From contig CBDUNP010000001.1 in the NCBI GenBank assembly GCA_965368605.1, forward strand, positions 1-41,135: a stretch of DNA of 41,135 nt. The letters run 5' to 3'. Positions 16,619 through 26,005 of this stretch are shown here, piece after piece; position 1 is the stretch's first letter, and each line of letters starts with the position of its first letter. The translations under genes and the position numbers were made by a program. Origin of the DNA: an uncultured bacterium. GTDB taxonomy: Bacteria; Planctomycetota; Phycisphaerae; Phycisphaerales; Phycisphaeraceae. The notes below the pieces were generated by a model. The model did no database searches, was not told the origin of the DNA, and saw only the letters and a program-made list of their open reading frames with translations.

Positions 16619-16653
16619 AATAAATCAGACCGGGATTGCAAAACAAATCCCGG
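16619..16653 (-). terminator. Terminator/attenuator-like hairpin between rpoA and rplQ
   Basis: The minus strand reads CCGGGAUU-UGUUUUGC-AAUCCCGG followed by UCUGAUUUAUU, starting 6 nt after the rpoA stop. The U-tract is weak. Confidence 0.3.
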
Positions 16654-16659
16654 GGTTGA

Positions 16660-17664
16660 TTACGAACCGCTGTTGGCCTGAAGCTCGGCGGGGAGTTCCA
16701 TCCCCAGGCTCAGGCCCATATCTGTCAGCTTACGCTTCACCTCACGCAGTGACGTCTTGCCGAAGCTGCGGACCTTCAAGAGGTCGGCCTCGGTGTGAAC
16801 AACCAGCTCCGCCACGGTCGCGATCTCCGCGGTCTCCAGGCAGTTGTTCGCACGCACCGATAGGTCCAGGTCGTTCAGGTTCATCTTGAACTTGCGGATC
16901 TGCTCCTCATCCACACGGGCCGCCGCAGCAGCCGACTCGCTGGCGGTTGCCTCGCCCAGCTCGAAGTACTGAACGAAGGGGTTGAGGTGCTTACGCATGA
17001 TCTTCGCGGCCTCGACCAGCGCCATCTCCGGCGTGACCGTGCCGTTGGTCCAGATCTCAAGCGTCAGCTTATCGAAGTTGGTCTTCTGGCCCACGCGGGT
17101 GTCCTCGACCTTGTAACGCACGCGCGTCACCGGTGAGAAGATCGCGTCGACCGGGATCAGCCCGATCTCCTGCTCGCCCGTGCTTTCGTAGTGCTCGCTG
17201 GCGGGGACGTAGCCACGGCCCTTCTCGACATGGAACTCGATATCGAAATCGATCTGCTTGGTCAGCGTCGCCAGGATCAGGTCCTTGGTGTGGATCGTGA
17301 TCGACGTGTCCGCCTCGATCAGGTCGCAGGTCACTTCACCGGGGCCCTCGGCCTGAAGCCGCATCGTCTTGGGCTCATCCGACTCAAGCGAGACCACGAT
17401 GTCCTTGATGTTCAGGAGGATGTCGGTCGCGTCTTCCTGCACGCCTTCGAGGCTGGTGAACTCGTGCTGAGCGCCCTTGATCTTGACCGCCGAAATCGCG
17501 GCACCTTCCAAGCTCGACAGCAGGATACGACGCAGGCTGTTGCCGACGGTTGTCCCGAAGCCACGCTCGAAAGGCTCGATGCTGAACTTGCCGTAGGTCT
17601 CGGTGTTCGCGGGGTCGGCGATAACACGGTGGGGAAGTTCTAAACCACGCCATCTGATTCTCAT
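16660..17664 (-). CDS. rpoA: DNA-directed RNA polymerase alpha subunit
   Basis: Contains FSIEPFERGFGTTVGNSLRRILLSSLEG and the C-terminal domain LDLSVRANNCLETAEIATVAELV. The start is set at the ATG at 17662-17664, which has GGAG 6 nt upstream. The track start is a TTG four codons earlier. Confidence 0.95.
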   Translation of the reverse strand: MRIRWRGLELPHRVIADPANTETYGKFSIEPFERGFGTTVGNSLRRILLSSLEGAAISAVKIKGAQHEFTSLEGVQEDATDILLNIKDIVVSLESDEPKTMRLQAEGPGEVTCDLIEADTSITIHTKDLILATLTKQIDFDIEFHVEKGRGYVPASEHYESTGEQEIGLIPVDAIFSPVTRVRYKVEDTRVGQKTNFDKLTLEIWTNGTVTPEMALVEAAKIMRKHLNPFVQYFELGEATASESAAAAARVDEEQIRKFKMNLNDLDLSVRANNCLETAEIATVAELVVHTEADLLKVRSFGKTSLREVKRKLTDMGLSLGMELPAELQANSGS

Positions 17665-17843
17665 GATGATCTCCAAATCGTCCCAGCAGCCCTTAGTGAG
17701 GGAAACGCTTCGGGGTTATCGCGGCCATTCCGCTGCTGGACGGATGACCGCTTCTGTTCCCAAAGCAGATCTAAAATCGGTAGATGTACAACTGAAAGCA
17801 ACGTCCGGCCCCAGCGAGACGCGGGGCTTGATGCGATCGTGTA

Positions 17844-18221
17844 TTACACGCGGCGACGCTTGCGTGGGCGGCAGCCGTTGTGCGGGATCGGGGTGTGGTC
17901 TTCGACCGCGGTGATCTTCAGGCCGTTCGCCTGCAGGCCGGTCACCGCCGACTCACGGCCGGAGCCTGCGCCACGGATACGCACCTCAACCTCGTGCACG
18001 CCGAACTTCTTCGCGGCCGCGGCGGCTTCTTCAGCGGCGCGGGTCGCGGCGAACGGGGTGCTCTTACGCGAACCCTTGAAACCCGCGCTCCCGGCCGAGG
18101 CCTGGCACAGCGTCTCGCCGTTCACGTCGGTGATGGTGATCAGGGTGTTGTTGAACGACGCCTTGATGTGGGCGATGCCACGGGCGACGTTCTTGCGGAT
18201 CTTCTTAGCCTTCTTTGCCAT
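17844..18221 (-). CDS. rpsK: 30S ribosomal protein S11
   Basis: Contains [18 protein letters not shown]...[13 protein letters not shown]...[13 protein letters not shown]...[17 protein letters not shown]. Confidence 0.97.
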   Translation of the reverse strand: MAKKAKKIRKNVARGIAHIKASFNNTLITITDVNGETLCQASAGSAGFKGSRKSTPFAATRAAEEAAAAAKKFGVHEVEVRIRGAGSGRESAVTGLQANGLKITAVEDHTPIPHNGCRPRKRRRV

Positions 18222-18432
18222 GTCTTTTCCTCGAAGTTAGACGTTGCCGGCTCTCCCTAAAAAAGTGGGCGGGCAACTGGCTCCGGTTGTGTTGCGTCGG
18301 CACGTGCCGACGCGGTTAAATTTAAATCGGGTGTGCGGCCTAAGCCGCCGGTGGTCGTCAGACGCCGATCGAGATCGGCGGTTAAACGATTGCTGCGCAA
18401 CCCGTGGCGATGCCACAAGCCGCATATCGTTA

Positions 18433-18816
18433 TTACTTCATACCCTTGACCGACTTCTTGCCGGCGACGGTACGCTTACGACCCTTACGGGTGCGGGCGT
18501 TGGTCTGCGTCCGCTGACCACGCACGGGCAGCCCGCGGCGGTGACGGTCGCCACGGTACGAGCGGATGTCACGCAGACGGCTGATGTTCTGAGACACCTG
18601 ACGACGCAGGGCACCCTCGACGACCAGCTTGTCTTCGATGATCAGACCCAGCTGAGCCAGCTGATCCTCGTCCAGCGTGTTCGCGCGGACCTGGCCTTCA
18701 AGGCCGGCCTCCTTGACGATGTCTTCCGCGATCTTCGGCCCGATGCCGTAGATGTAACGGAGGGCGATCCGGATCGGCTTGTTGTCTGGGATGTCTACGC
18801 CTGAGATACGGGGCAT
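18433..18816 (-). CDS. rpsM: 30S ribosomal protein S13
   Basis: Contains [26 protein letters not shown]...[33 protein letters not shown]. Confidence 0.97.
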   Translation of the reverse strand: MPRISGVDIPDNKPIRIALRYIYGIGPKIAEDIVKEAGLEGQVRANTLDEDQLAQLGLIIEDKLVVEGALRRQVSQNISRLRDIRSYRGDRHRRGLPVRGQRTQTNARTRKGRKRTVAGKKSVKGMK

Positions 18817-18904
18817 GGTTCTTTCCTCTAGTTCCTGAATGACGCCGGGCAGGCCCGACGGCTAAGCGGTCGTGGCCCTAAACCACGACGGACTGATATC
18901 GCGA

Positions 18905-19018
18905 TCAGCCCTGACGCTGCTTGTGCTTGGGGTTGGTGCAGATCACGCGCACGACGCCTTTGCGTCGGATGACCTTGCAGTTCTCACAGATTCTTTTAAC
19001 GCTGCTTCTTACTTTCAT
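18905..19018 (-). CDS. rpmJ: 50S ribosomal protein L36 (37 aa, zinc-ribbon type)
   Basis: Not in the ORF track because it is below the size cutoff. Hand translation gives [37 protein letters not shown] followed by a stop, with the canonical L36 sequence and C-x2-C...C...H ligands. Confidence 0.93.
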   Translation of the reverse strand: MKVRSSVKRICENCKVIRRKGVVRVICTNPKHKQRQG

Positions 19019-19094
19019 GATTCAGTCTCCAAGGCACGCCCCGGCCTGGCCGAGGGCTGCGGGATTCAATCCCCGCTTGCTTATCAATCCGTCA

Positions 19095-19310
19095 TTAATG
19101 CCGGTAGGTAATCCGGCCCTTGGTCAGGTCGTACGGGCTAAGCTCCACGGTCACGCGGTCACCCGGAAGGATGCGGATATAAAACTTACGCATCTTCCCG
19201 GAGATGTGGGCGATCATCTCGTGATCGTTTTCGAGCTTCACCCTGAACATCGCGTTGGGCAGAGCGTCGATCACTTCGCCCTCAAACTGGAGTTTATCTT
19301 CTTTAGCCAC
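19095..19310 (-). CDS. infA: Translation initiation factor IF-1
   Basis: The sequence is [70 protein letters not shown]. The start codon is GTG (complement of 19308-19310). Confidence 0.96.
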   Translation of the reverse strand: MAKEDKLQFEGEVIDALPNAMFRVKLENDHEMIAHISGKMRKFYIRILPGDRVTVELSPYDLTKGRITYRH

Positions 19311-19383
19311 TGACTCTCTTTTTTAGTTTCGCGTTACTGACTCAAACACTCGCTGGTCTAACGACTCAGCCTGATTCCTGAAT

Positions 19384-20163
19384 CTACCGGCCGTCCGTCA
19401 AGACGTCCGATCCGTTTGCGGTCACGGCGACCGTGTGCTCGTAGTGAGCCGACGGCTTGCGGTCCACCGTCACGACCGTCCATCCGTCCCGCAGCGTCCG
19501 AACCTCGTGCGAGCCCAGGTTGCACATCGGCTCGATCGCGAGCACGACGCCCTCCCGAAGCTCGATGTCGTTCCTCAACAGCTCCGGGCTGACAAAGTTG
19601 GGAACCTGCGGCGGCTCGTGCATCTTCGATCCGATGCCGTGGCCAACAAACTGCCGCACGACACTCATGCCCTGCGACTCCGCGTAATCCTGCATCAACT
19701 TCGCGACCTGGCTCCACTTCCTGCCGGGCCGAACATTCTCTATCGCTATCCCGAGCACCCGCTCGGTCACTTCACACAGCTTGCGGGTCTCCGGGTCCAC
19801 GTCGCCGACCATAATCGTCGTCGCCGCATCTCCGCACCACCCGTCGAACTGGACACCGCAGTCAACCCCCACGATGTCCCCGTCCTTGATCACCCGGTCG
19901 CCCGCGATCCCGTGAACGACTTCCTCGTTCACACTGATGCACAGGTTTGCCGGGAACGGCGTCGGCCCGGGGTAGCCCTTGAACAACCCCTTGGCACCGG
20001 CCTCCGTGTAAACACGGCAGCCCTCGTCGTCGATCTCCCGGGTCGTCACACCCGGCTTGCATATCTCCCGGCAACGCTGGTGGACCTGCTGGACGATACG
20101 CCCTGCGATCCGCATCTTCTGAATCTGCTCCGGCGTCTTCCGGGTTATCTTCTGCTTAATCAC
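19384..20163 (-). CDS. map: Type I methionine aminopeptidase
   Basis: Contains KTPEQIQKMRIAGRIV, VHGI, DIVGVDCG, GHGIG and VLAIEPM, which carry the metal ligands. The start codon is GTG. Confidence 0.93.
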   Translation of the reverse strand: MIKQKITRKTPEQIQKMRIAGRIVQQVHQRCREICKPGVTTREIDDEGCRVYTEAGAKGLFKGYPGPTPFPANLCISVNEEVVHGIAGDRVIKDGDIVGVDCGVQFDGWCGDAATTIMVGDVDPETRKLCEVTERVLGIAIENVRPGRKWSQVAKLMQDYAESQGMSVVRQFVGHGIGSKMHEPPQVPNFVSPELLRNDIELREGVVLAIEPMCNLGSHEVRTLRDGWTVVTVDRKPSAHYEHTVAVTANGSDVLTDGR

Positions 20164-20274
20164 GTTGGCTTGGAACCGGTTTTCTCTAGGAGTGTTCGAT
20201 TGTCCCCAACCCGCAGTGAGTCGTTTATCGTATCACGGCTAACGGGGCCTGACAAATAGCGCCCACCACGGGGC

Positions 20275-21690
20275 TTAAGTCCCCCGGGCACCACGGATCT
20301 TCGGCCCCTTGCCCCCGCCGGACGCCAGGAAACCCTGATAATTACGCATCAACAGGCTCGCCTCGATCCGCTGCACGAAGTCCAGCATCACGCTGACCAC
20401 GATCAGAAGTCCGGTACCACCAAGGAATTGCGTCACCATGAAGTCGATCTCAAACACACCCGAGACGATCGTGGGCACCACCGCGATCAGCGACAGGAAC
20501 CCCGCCCCGACGTAAGTGATCCGCTCCATGACGGTTTCCAGGTAATCCGCCGTCCTTGGGCCAGGCCGCAGGCCGGGGATGAAGCTGCCGTGGTCGCGAA
20601 GCTGGGTCGCCATCTCCTTGGGCTGGAACTGCACCGTCGTCCAGAAGTACGCGAAGAAGTAGATCAGCCCGATATAGACGACCGTGTACAGGTAGCCGTT
20701 GAACCCGAAGTTCACGTTCAGGAAGTTAACGACCCCGTAAGACGCGTTGTAGAACCCGGACGTGTCTTCGCCGGGCACCGTCTGCATGACCGAGTCGAGA
20801 TACCCCAGCAGCATCGACGGGATAATCATCAGCGAGCTGGCGAAGATGATCGGCATGACGCCGCCGTGGTTCACACGCAAAGGCAGGTAGCTGCGCTGCC
20901 CGCCATAGACCCGTCGCCCGCGTGTGTGCTTGGCCTGCTGGATCGGGATGCGACGCTGGCCCTGCGTGATCACGATCGACCCCGCCACCACCGTCACGAA
21001 CGCGATCGCCAGGAAGATCACCGTCATCGGGCTGTACTGGGCATCCGCACTGTTCACGTCGAACCCAGCGATCACCATCTGGATCGCGTTAGGCATCCCC
21101 GCGATGATCCCCGCGGTGATGATCAGCGAGATGCCGTTACCGATCCCGTATTTATCGATCTGCTCGCCCAGCCACATCAGGAACACCGTGCCGCTGGTCA
21201 GGGCCAACACGCCACAAGACCAGAACAAGAACGTGTTCTGGTACTTCGCGTAAACCACGGAGGTATCGCCGGACTGGAAAAACTTCAGGTACACAACCGA
21301 CTGAACCAGGCACAGCGCCACCGTCGCATATCGGGTGTATTCCTGCACCTTCTGGCGACCGGCCGGGCCTTCCTTATTCAGCTGCTTGAGCTTCTCGGAC
21401 ACCGTCCCCAGGAGCTGGAAAATAATCGCCGCCGAGATGTACGGCATGATCCCCAGCCCGAAGATCGTCGACTGCGTCAACGAGCCACCGGTGAAGATCG
21501 CCACATAATCCAGGATGTTCCCGGTCGCACCGCCGCTCTGCTTCTCGGCCCAGGCCTTCATCAGGTCCTGGCTGATCCCCGGCAGCGGGATAAAGAACCC
21601 GATCCGGTAGATACACAGCATCCCCAGCGTGAAGAAGATCTTGTTGCGAAGCTCAGATATCCGGAAGATGTTCAGAAACGCTTGGAGCAT
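20275..21690 (-). CDS. secY: Preprotein translocase subunit SecY
   Basis: Contains MLQAFLNIFRISELRNKIFFTLGMLCIYRIGFFIPLPG..., GIMPYISAAIIFQLL and GISLIITAGI. The start is set at the ATG at 21688-21690, which matches the usual SecY N-terminus. Confidence 0.95.
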   Translation of the reverse strand: MLQAFLNIFRISELRNKIFFTLGMLCIYRIGFFIPLPGISQDLMKAWAEKQSGGATGNILDYVAIFTGGSLTQSTIFGLGIMPYISAAIIFQLLGTVSEKLKQLNKEGPAGRQKVQEYTRYATVALCLVQSVVYLKFFQSGDTSVVYAKYQNTFLFWSCGVLALTSGTVFLMWLGEQIDKYGIGNGISLIITAGIIAGMPNAIQMVIAGFDVNSADAQYSPMTVIFLAIAFVTVVAGSIVITQGQRRIPIQQAKHTRGRRVYGGQRSYLPLRVNHGGVMPIIFASSLMIIPSMLLGYLDSVMQTVPGEDTSGFYNASYGVVNFLNVNFGFNGYLYTVVYIGLIYFFAYFWTTVQFQPKEMATQLRDHGSFIPGLRPGPRTADYLETVMERITYVGAGFLSLIAVVPTIVSGVFEIDFMVTQFLGGTGLLIVVSVMLDFVQRIEASLLMRNYQGFLASGGGKGPKIRGARGT

Positions 21691-21765
21691 GGTTGCCTTA
21701 TCAATCAAAGCCGCCGATGCGATCGGCGGGCCGTGGACCGCGTCCACAGCGTCATACAGTCAGTC

Positions 21766-22221
21766 TCACTTAGCGATAGTCGCAGAACCGCCCGCTTTAT
21801 TGATCTTTTCTTCCGCCGACTTGGAAAAAGATGCCGCCGTCACGCTCAGCTTCTTGCTTATCTCGCCCTTGCCCAGCACCTTCACGGGCAGCTTGGCGTC
21901 GCGGATCAGGCCGACCTTGACCAGCATCTGGGCGTTGACCTCGGCCCCGTCGTCAAAACGGGCGTCCAACGCGCTGATGTTCACCACCGCGAACTGCTTC
22001 TTGAACAGCACGTTCGAGAAGCCACGCTTGGCGACCCGGCGGAACAGCGGGTTCTGGCCACCCTCTCGGCTGGCGCGGATCGAGCCGGTGGCACCCGACC
22101 GGGAGCCGGCACCGTTGTGACCCCGCCCGCAGGTCTTGCCCGAGCCGGAGCCCGGACCACGACCGACACGCTTACGCTTCTTATGCTTGCCCACCTTTTC
22201 GGTGATCTCATGAATCATCAT
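21766..22221 (-). CDS. rplO: 50S ribosomal protein L15
   Basis: Contains KKRKRVGRGPGSGSGKTCGRGHNG...LFRRVAKRGF. Confidence 0.95.
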   Translation of the reverse strand: MMIHEITEKVGKHKKRKRVGRGPGSGSGKTCGRGHNGAGSRSGATGSIRASREGGQNPLFRRVAKRGFSNVLFKKQFAVVNISALDARFDDGAEVNAQMLVKVGLIRDAKLPVKVLGKGEISKKLSVTAASFSKSAEEKINKAGGSATIAK

Positions 22222-22273
22222 CGCTTAGACACTCCTGCTCTCTCGGCGATACTCGCCGGGGTGTCGCTTTAGT

Positions 22274-23137
22274 TTAGTCCTGAGGCTTATCGGTTTCCGG
22301 GGTTGCTTCCGGGGTGGCCTCGGGGGCCGTTTCCGGGGCTGCTGCTTCCGGGGCGGGTGCCTGATCGACCGCCGCGTCGGTGGCCGGGGCTTCTTCTGCC
22401 GGGGCCGCTGCTTCTTCTTCAGCCTTGGGCTTAGGCTTGGGCTTGCTGCTCTGCGTCACCGTCGCGGTCACGCCCTTGCCGCCCGGCGTGCTCTCGCTGC
22501 GTCGGCCGCCCTTGCCACCGCCACGCTTGCCGCCACGCTTGCCGCCCTCGTTCTCTTCTTTAGCAGGCTGCGCCGCCGCCTTCGGGGCGCTGCTGGTCTC
22601 GGTCGTGTAACGCTTACCCATCGCGATCATCTCTTCAACCGCGGTGGTCTCGATCTCCACGCCACGGTTGCGAGCGACCTGCTCCTTGGTACGAAGACGG
22701 GTCAGCCCGTCGAGGACCGCCTTGCTGAGGTTCTTCTTGTTCGTCGAGCCGTACGCCTTGGTCAGGCAGTCCTGCACGCCGACCATCTCCAGCACCGCGC
22801 GGGCGGTACCGCCGGCGATAACACCCGTACCGGGCGAGGCCGGGATCAACCGGATCATCGAAGCACCGAAACGCCCCTCGATCTGGTGCGGCAGCGTGCC
22901 GTCCTTCAACTCGATCTTGACCAGGTTCTTACGGGCGGCCTTCTGAGCCTTCTCGATCGCGACGGGAACGCCCCGGCCCTTGCCGTAGCCGATCCCCACG
23001 CTGCCCCGGCGGTCACCCACCACGACGAGCGCGGCGAAGCTGAAACGCCGACCACCCTTGACGACCGTTGCGGTACGGAAAATACCGACCGTGGTCGATT
23101 CTAAAGCCTGTGTGCTGTCTTCTAGTAATTCCGGCAT
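22274..23137 (-). CDS. rpsE: 30S ribosomal protein S5 with a ~115 aa low-complexity C-terminal extension
   Basis: The core is RTATVVKGGRRFSFAALVVVGDRRGSVGIGYGKG...GTGVIAGGTARAVLEMVGVQD. It is followed by ...GGKRGGKRGGGKGGRR...KPKPKPKAEEEAAAPAEEAPA...PEATPEATPETDKPQD. Confidence 0.95.
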   Translation of the reverse strand: MPELLEDSTQALESTTVGIFRTATVVKGGRRFSFAALVVVGDRRGSVGIGYGKGRGVPVAIEKAQKAARKNLVKIELKDGTLPHQIEGRFGASMIRLIPASPGTGVIAGGTARAVLEMVGVQDCLTKAYGSTNKKNLSKAVLDGLTRLRTKEQVARNRGVEIETTAVEEMIAMGKRYTTETSSAPKAAAQPAKEENEGGKRGGKRGGGKGGRRSESTPGGKGVTATVTQSSKPKPKPKAEEEAAAPAEEAPATDAAVDQAPAPEAAAPETAPEATPEATPETDKPQD

Positions 23138-23190
23138 GTTATTCCTCTAAACATTAACCCGTGGCCGAAGGCACACGGAGATGAGCCTGG

Positions 23191-23538
23191 TTACAGCCCA
23201 AGGCCGCCCTCGCGAGCGGCATCGGCCAGGGCCTTGACCCTGCCGTGATATCGAAACCCGTTGCGGTCAAACGCGACCTGCTTGATGCCGGCGTCCTGCG
23301 CCTGCTTGGCGATCTGCTTGCCGACCTCGATCGCCGCAGCAATGTTTCCACCCTTGCCCTTGATGGTGCTGGCCGAGGCCAGCGTCTTCCCATCCAGGTC
23401 GTCGATAACCTGGGCGTAGATGTGGTTGAGGCTGCGGAAGACCGTCAGGCGCGGGCGTTCGGGGGTCCCGATCACGCGCTTGCGGATGCCGGTCTTGCGG
23501 CGCTGACGGCGTACGGCTTTGAGTTTGTTCTTTTCCAT
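23191..23538 (-). CDS. rplR: 50S ribosomal protein L18
   Basis: Contains [20 protein letters not shown]...[26 protein letters not shown]. Confidence 0.96.
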   Translation of the reverse strand: MEKNKLKAVRRQRRKTGIRKRVIGTPERPRLTVFRSLNHIYAQVIDDLDGKTLASASTIKGKGGNIAAAIEVGKQIAKQAQDAGIKQVAFDRNGFRYHGRVKALADAAREGGLGL

Positions 23539-23597
23539 CGTTTCGCTTCCCAGTGCCGGGGGTACCCGGAGTCAGGGGTTTAATAATTCAGTCCTGC

Positions 23598-24137
23598 TTA
23601 CGCACCGCTGCCGAAGGCCTTGCCCTGCTTGCGGATAATGTGTTCGTCGGCGTACTTGATGCCACGGCCGTTGTAAGGCTCGGGCTTGCGGTGGGCCCGG
23701 ATCTCCGCGGCCACCTGTCCAACCATCTGCTTGTCGGCACCGCTGATCTTCAGCTTGTTGCCCTGGATGTCTACGTTGATCCCCGCGGGCACGGTGACCA
23801 CCCGGGTGTCGGCGTAGCCGACCTTCAGGTTGACCTTGTTGCCCTGGAGCTGCGCGGTCCAGCCGACGCCGTTGATCTCAAGGTGCTTCTCAAAGCCCTT
23901 GGTCACGCCCTCGATCATGTTCGAGATCAGAGAGCGGGTCAGCCCGTGCATCGCCTTGGCGGCACGCGAGTCGCCCTTGCGCTCGACGACGACTTCGTCA
24001 CCCTCGACCTTGACGGTCACCTCGGGGCGGTGGGTCAGCATCAGTTTGTTGCTGCCGGCCTCGACCGTGATCTGGTTGCCGCTGACCGACACTTTCGCGC
24101 CTGCCAGTGCGACGGGTTTTTTTCCAATACGGGACAT
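23598..24137 (-). CDS. rplF: 50S ribosomal protein L6
   Basis: Contains MSRIGKKPVALAGAKVSVSGNQITVEG...EPYNGRGIKYADEHIIRK. The start is set at the ATG at 24135-24137. Confidence 0.96.
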   Translation of the reverse strand: MSRIGKKPVALAGAKVSVSGNQITVEAGSNKLMLTHRPEVTVKVEGDEVVVERKGDSRAAKAMHGLTRSLISNMIEGVTKGFEKHLEINGVGWTAQLQGNKVNLKVGYADTRVVTVPAGINVDIQGNKLKISGADKQMVGQVAAEIRAHRKPEPYNGRGIKYADEHIIRKQGKAFGSGA

Positions 24138-24219
24138 CGTTTCAATCCTTAACTCAGTGGTTGGGAGCTTGCCGCGGTAGTGCGGGGCCCTTCTCCACAC
24201 GGGTGTGGTCTTTTACTTG

Positions 24220-24618
24220 TTACTCAACGGTGCAAAGCAGTTCGCCGCCGACATGGTTCTGCCGGGCCTTGCGGTCACTCATCACGCCGCTGGACGTGCT
24301 CACGATCGCGATCCCCAGGCCACCGAGCGGCCGAGGCAGCAGGTCCGCCTTGGTGTACACACGGCACCCGGGCTTGCTCTCACGCTTGAGCGTGTGGATC
24401 AGCTGCTCGCCGTTGGGGCCGTAACGCAGGTTCAGCCGGAGGATGCCCTGCCGGCCGTCGTCGATCACGCTGTAGTCAGCGACGTAGCCCTCATCCTTGA
24501 GCACCTGCGCAATACCGGTGCAGATCTTGCTGTTGCGGCAGTCGACCTTCTTGGCCTTGTTACGAGCCGCGTTGCGGATCCGGGTAATCATGTCTGCGAT
24601 TGGGTCTGATAGAGACAT
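24220..24618 (-). CDS. rpsH: 30S ribosomal protein S8
   Basis: Contains MSLSDPIADMITRIRNA...GLGIAIVSTSSGVMSDRKARQNHVGGELLCTV. Confidence 0.97.
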   Translation of the reverse strand: MSLSDPIADMITRIRNAARNKAKKVDCRNSKICTGIAQVLKDEGYVADYSVIDDGRQGILRLNLRYGPNGEQLIHTLKRESKPGCRVYTKADLLPRPLGGLGIAIVSTSSGVMSDRKARQNHVGGELLCTVE

Positions 24619-24706
24619 TACATTTGCCTTAGCTGTGAATTTCTTGCTTATTCAATACCGTGTCGGCTGCTGGCATACGGCTCACCGCCCGCAGCTAAAC
24701 GCTCCC

Positions 24707-24976
24707 CTACCAGGACGCCTTACGCATCCCGGGGACCTTGCCTTCCAACGCCAGCTCACGCAGCTTGATACGCGAGATCCCGAACTTGCGGTACACCGAC
24801 CGGGTCCGACCGGTCAACGCGCAGTGGTTGCGGTATCGCGTGGGGCTGGCGTTGCGGGGCAGCTTCTGAAGCCCCGCGTAATCGCCCTCCGCCTTGAGCT
24901 TGCGACGCAGCTCGGCGTATTTCTCGATGGTCTTCTTGACCTTTGCCATTCGGACGCTGGTTGACTTCGATGCCAT
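24707..24976 (-). CDS. rpsN: 30S ribosomal protein S14 (long, non-zinc type, 89 aa)
   Basis: Contains [51 protein letters not shown]. Confidence 0.95.
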   Translation of the reverse strand: MASKSTSVRMAKVKKTIEKYAELRRKLKAEGDYAGLQKLPRNASPTRYRNHCALTGRTRSVYRKFGISRIKLRELALEGKVPGMRKASW

Positions 24977-25034
24977 AGTGTTCTCTTTGCTGTCTCGGCC
25001 AAAATAGCCGGGGTGTCAGTTCGTTAGTAGCGTG

Positions 25035-25601
25035 TTATTTCTTCTCGTCGCGTTTGATCAGTGGGAAACCCATCTCGTTCAACGCCGTGCGTGTCATGTC
25101 GTCGGTGCTGCGCTTGAAGATCAGGTTGATGTTCATCCCGTGGGTGAACTGGGCCTGGGTCATGTCGACCTCGGGGAAGATGCCCTGCTCGTTCACGCCG
25201 AAGGAGTAGTTGCCGCGCCCGTCCAGCTTGTCCTTCAGGCCGCGGAAGTCCTTGATCCGGGGGATCGCGACCGTGATTAGGCGGTCCAGGAACTCCCACA
25301 TCCGGTCCTTGCGGAGGGTGACCATCGCACCGACCTCGTAGCCGGCACGCAGCTTGAAGTTCGCGACCGACTTCTTGGCCTTCTTGACGATCGGCCTCTG
25401 ACCGGAGATCAGCGTCAGGTCCGAGACGACCTGCTCGCGGGCCTTGGGGTTCAGCTTCGTGCCTTCAAGCTGCTTGCCCATGCCCACATTGATGACGATC
25501 TTGTCAAGGGTCGGCATGGCCATGGGATTGCTGATCCCATACTCCTGCTTGAGTTTGGCAGCGACCTGCTCTTCGTATTGTTTCTTTAACCGCGGGGTCA
25601 T
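25035..25601 (-). CDS. rplE: 50S ribosomal protein L5
   Basis: Contains PTLDKIVINVGMG...GQRPIVKKAKKSVANFKLR.G...VTLR...MWEFLDRL...PRIKDFRG. Confidence 0.97.
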   Translation of the reverse strand: MTPRLKKQYEEQVAAKLKQEYGISNPMAMPTLDKIVINVGMGKQLEGTKLNPKAREQVVSDLTLISGQRPIVKKAKKSVANFKLRAGYEVGAMVTLRKDRMWEFLDRLITVAIPRIKDFRGLKDKLDGRGNYSFGVNEQGIFPEVDMTQAQFTHGMNINLIFKRSTDDMTRTALNEMGFPLIKRDEKK

Positions 25602-25606
25602 TGTGT

Positions 25607-25624
25607 TAGCCTTTAGCTGTTAGC
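25607..25624 (-). repeat. GCTAA-heptad / Shine-Dalgarno cassette (copy upstream of rplE)
   Basis: The minus strand reads GCTAACAGCTAAAGGCTA and ends 5 nt before the rplE ATG. It fills nearly the whole 25-nt rplX-rplE spacer. Confidence 0.8.
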
Positions 25625-25626
25625 TA

Positions 25627-25959
25627 TTACCTTGCCTTCTTGAGTTCCGGGCCCAACTGCTCGCCGGTGGTCGCGGCTACGCGGATCTTCGAGCCGTCGT
25701 CCTTATTGACAAACCGCACACGGGTCGGCTTGCCGGCGGCGGCGGGAGACACGTTCGAGATGTGGATCGGCATCTCTTTGTGGATCGTCCCGCCCTGGGG
25801 GTTGTTCTGGTCGCGCTTGACGTGCTTGGTCCGCACATTCACACCCTCAACGACGACCTGGTCCTTCTCGGTCACGACACGCAGGATCTTGCCCTGCTTG
25901 CCCTTACTCGAGCCGGCGGTGACGATGACGATGTCGCCTTTTCTTACGTGTCGTGCCAT
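25627..25959 (-). CDS. rplX: 50S ribosomal protein L24
   Basis: Contains VRKGDIVIVTAGSSKGKQGKILRV...VVVEGVN, the KOW motif. Confidence 0.95.
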   Translation of the reverse strand: MARHVRKGDIVIVTAGSSKGKQGKILRVVTEKDQVVVEGVNVRTKHVKRDQNNPQGGTIHKEMPIHISNVSPAAAGKPTRVRFVNKDDGSKIRVAATTGEQLGPELKKAR

Positions 25960-26005
25960 TACTTAAGCCTTTAGCTTGGTGCTCTTAGCCCTTCGGTCGC
26001 GTGGT

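Noticed and set aside
18237-18425. 62-aa Arg-rich ORF filling the rpsM-rpsK spacer
   Set aside because: The third codon positions lack the strong G/C bias of real genes in this window (many GCA, CCA, CAA, TTT, CGA and TCT codons). It has no Shine-Dalgarno sequence and the region is packed with palindromes, so I treated it as structured non-coding RNA or DNA.
20428-22272. 614-aa plus-strand ORF antisense to secY and rplO
   Set aside because: This is a shadow ORF with Arg/His/Asp/Pro-rich low-complexity sequence. It lies opposite two unambiguous conserved genes.
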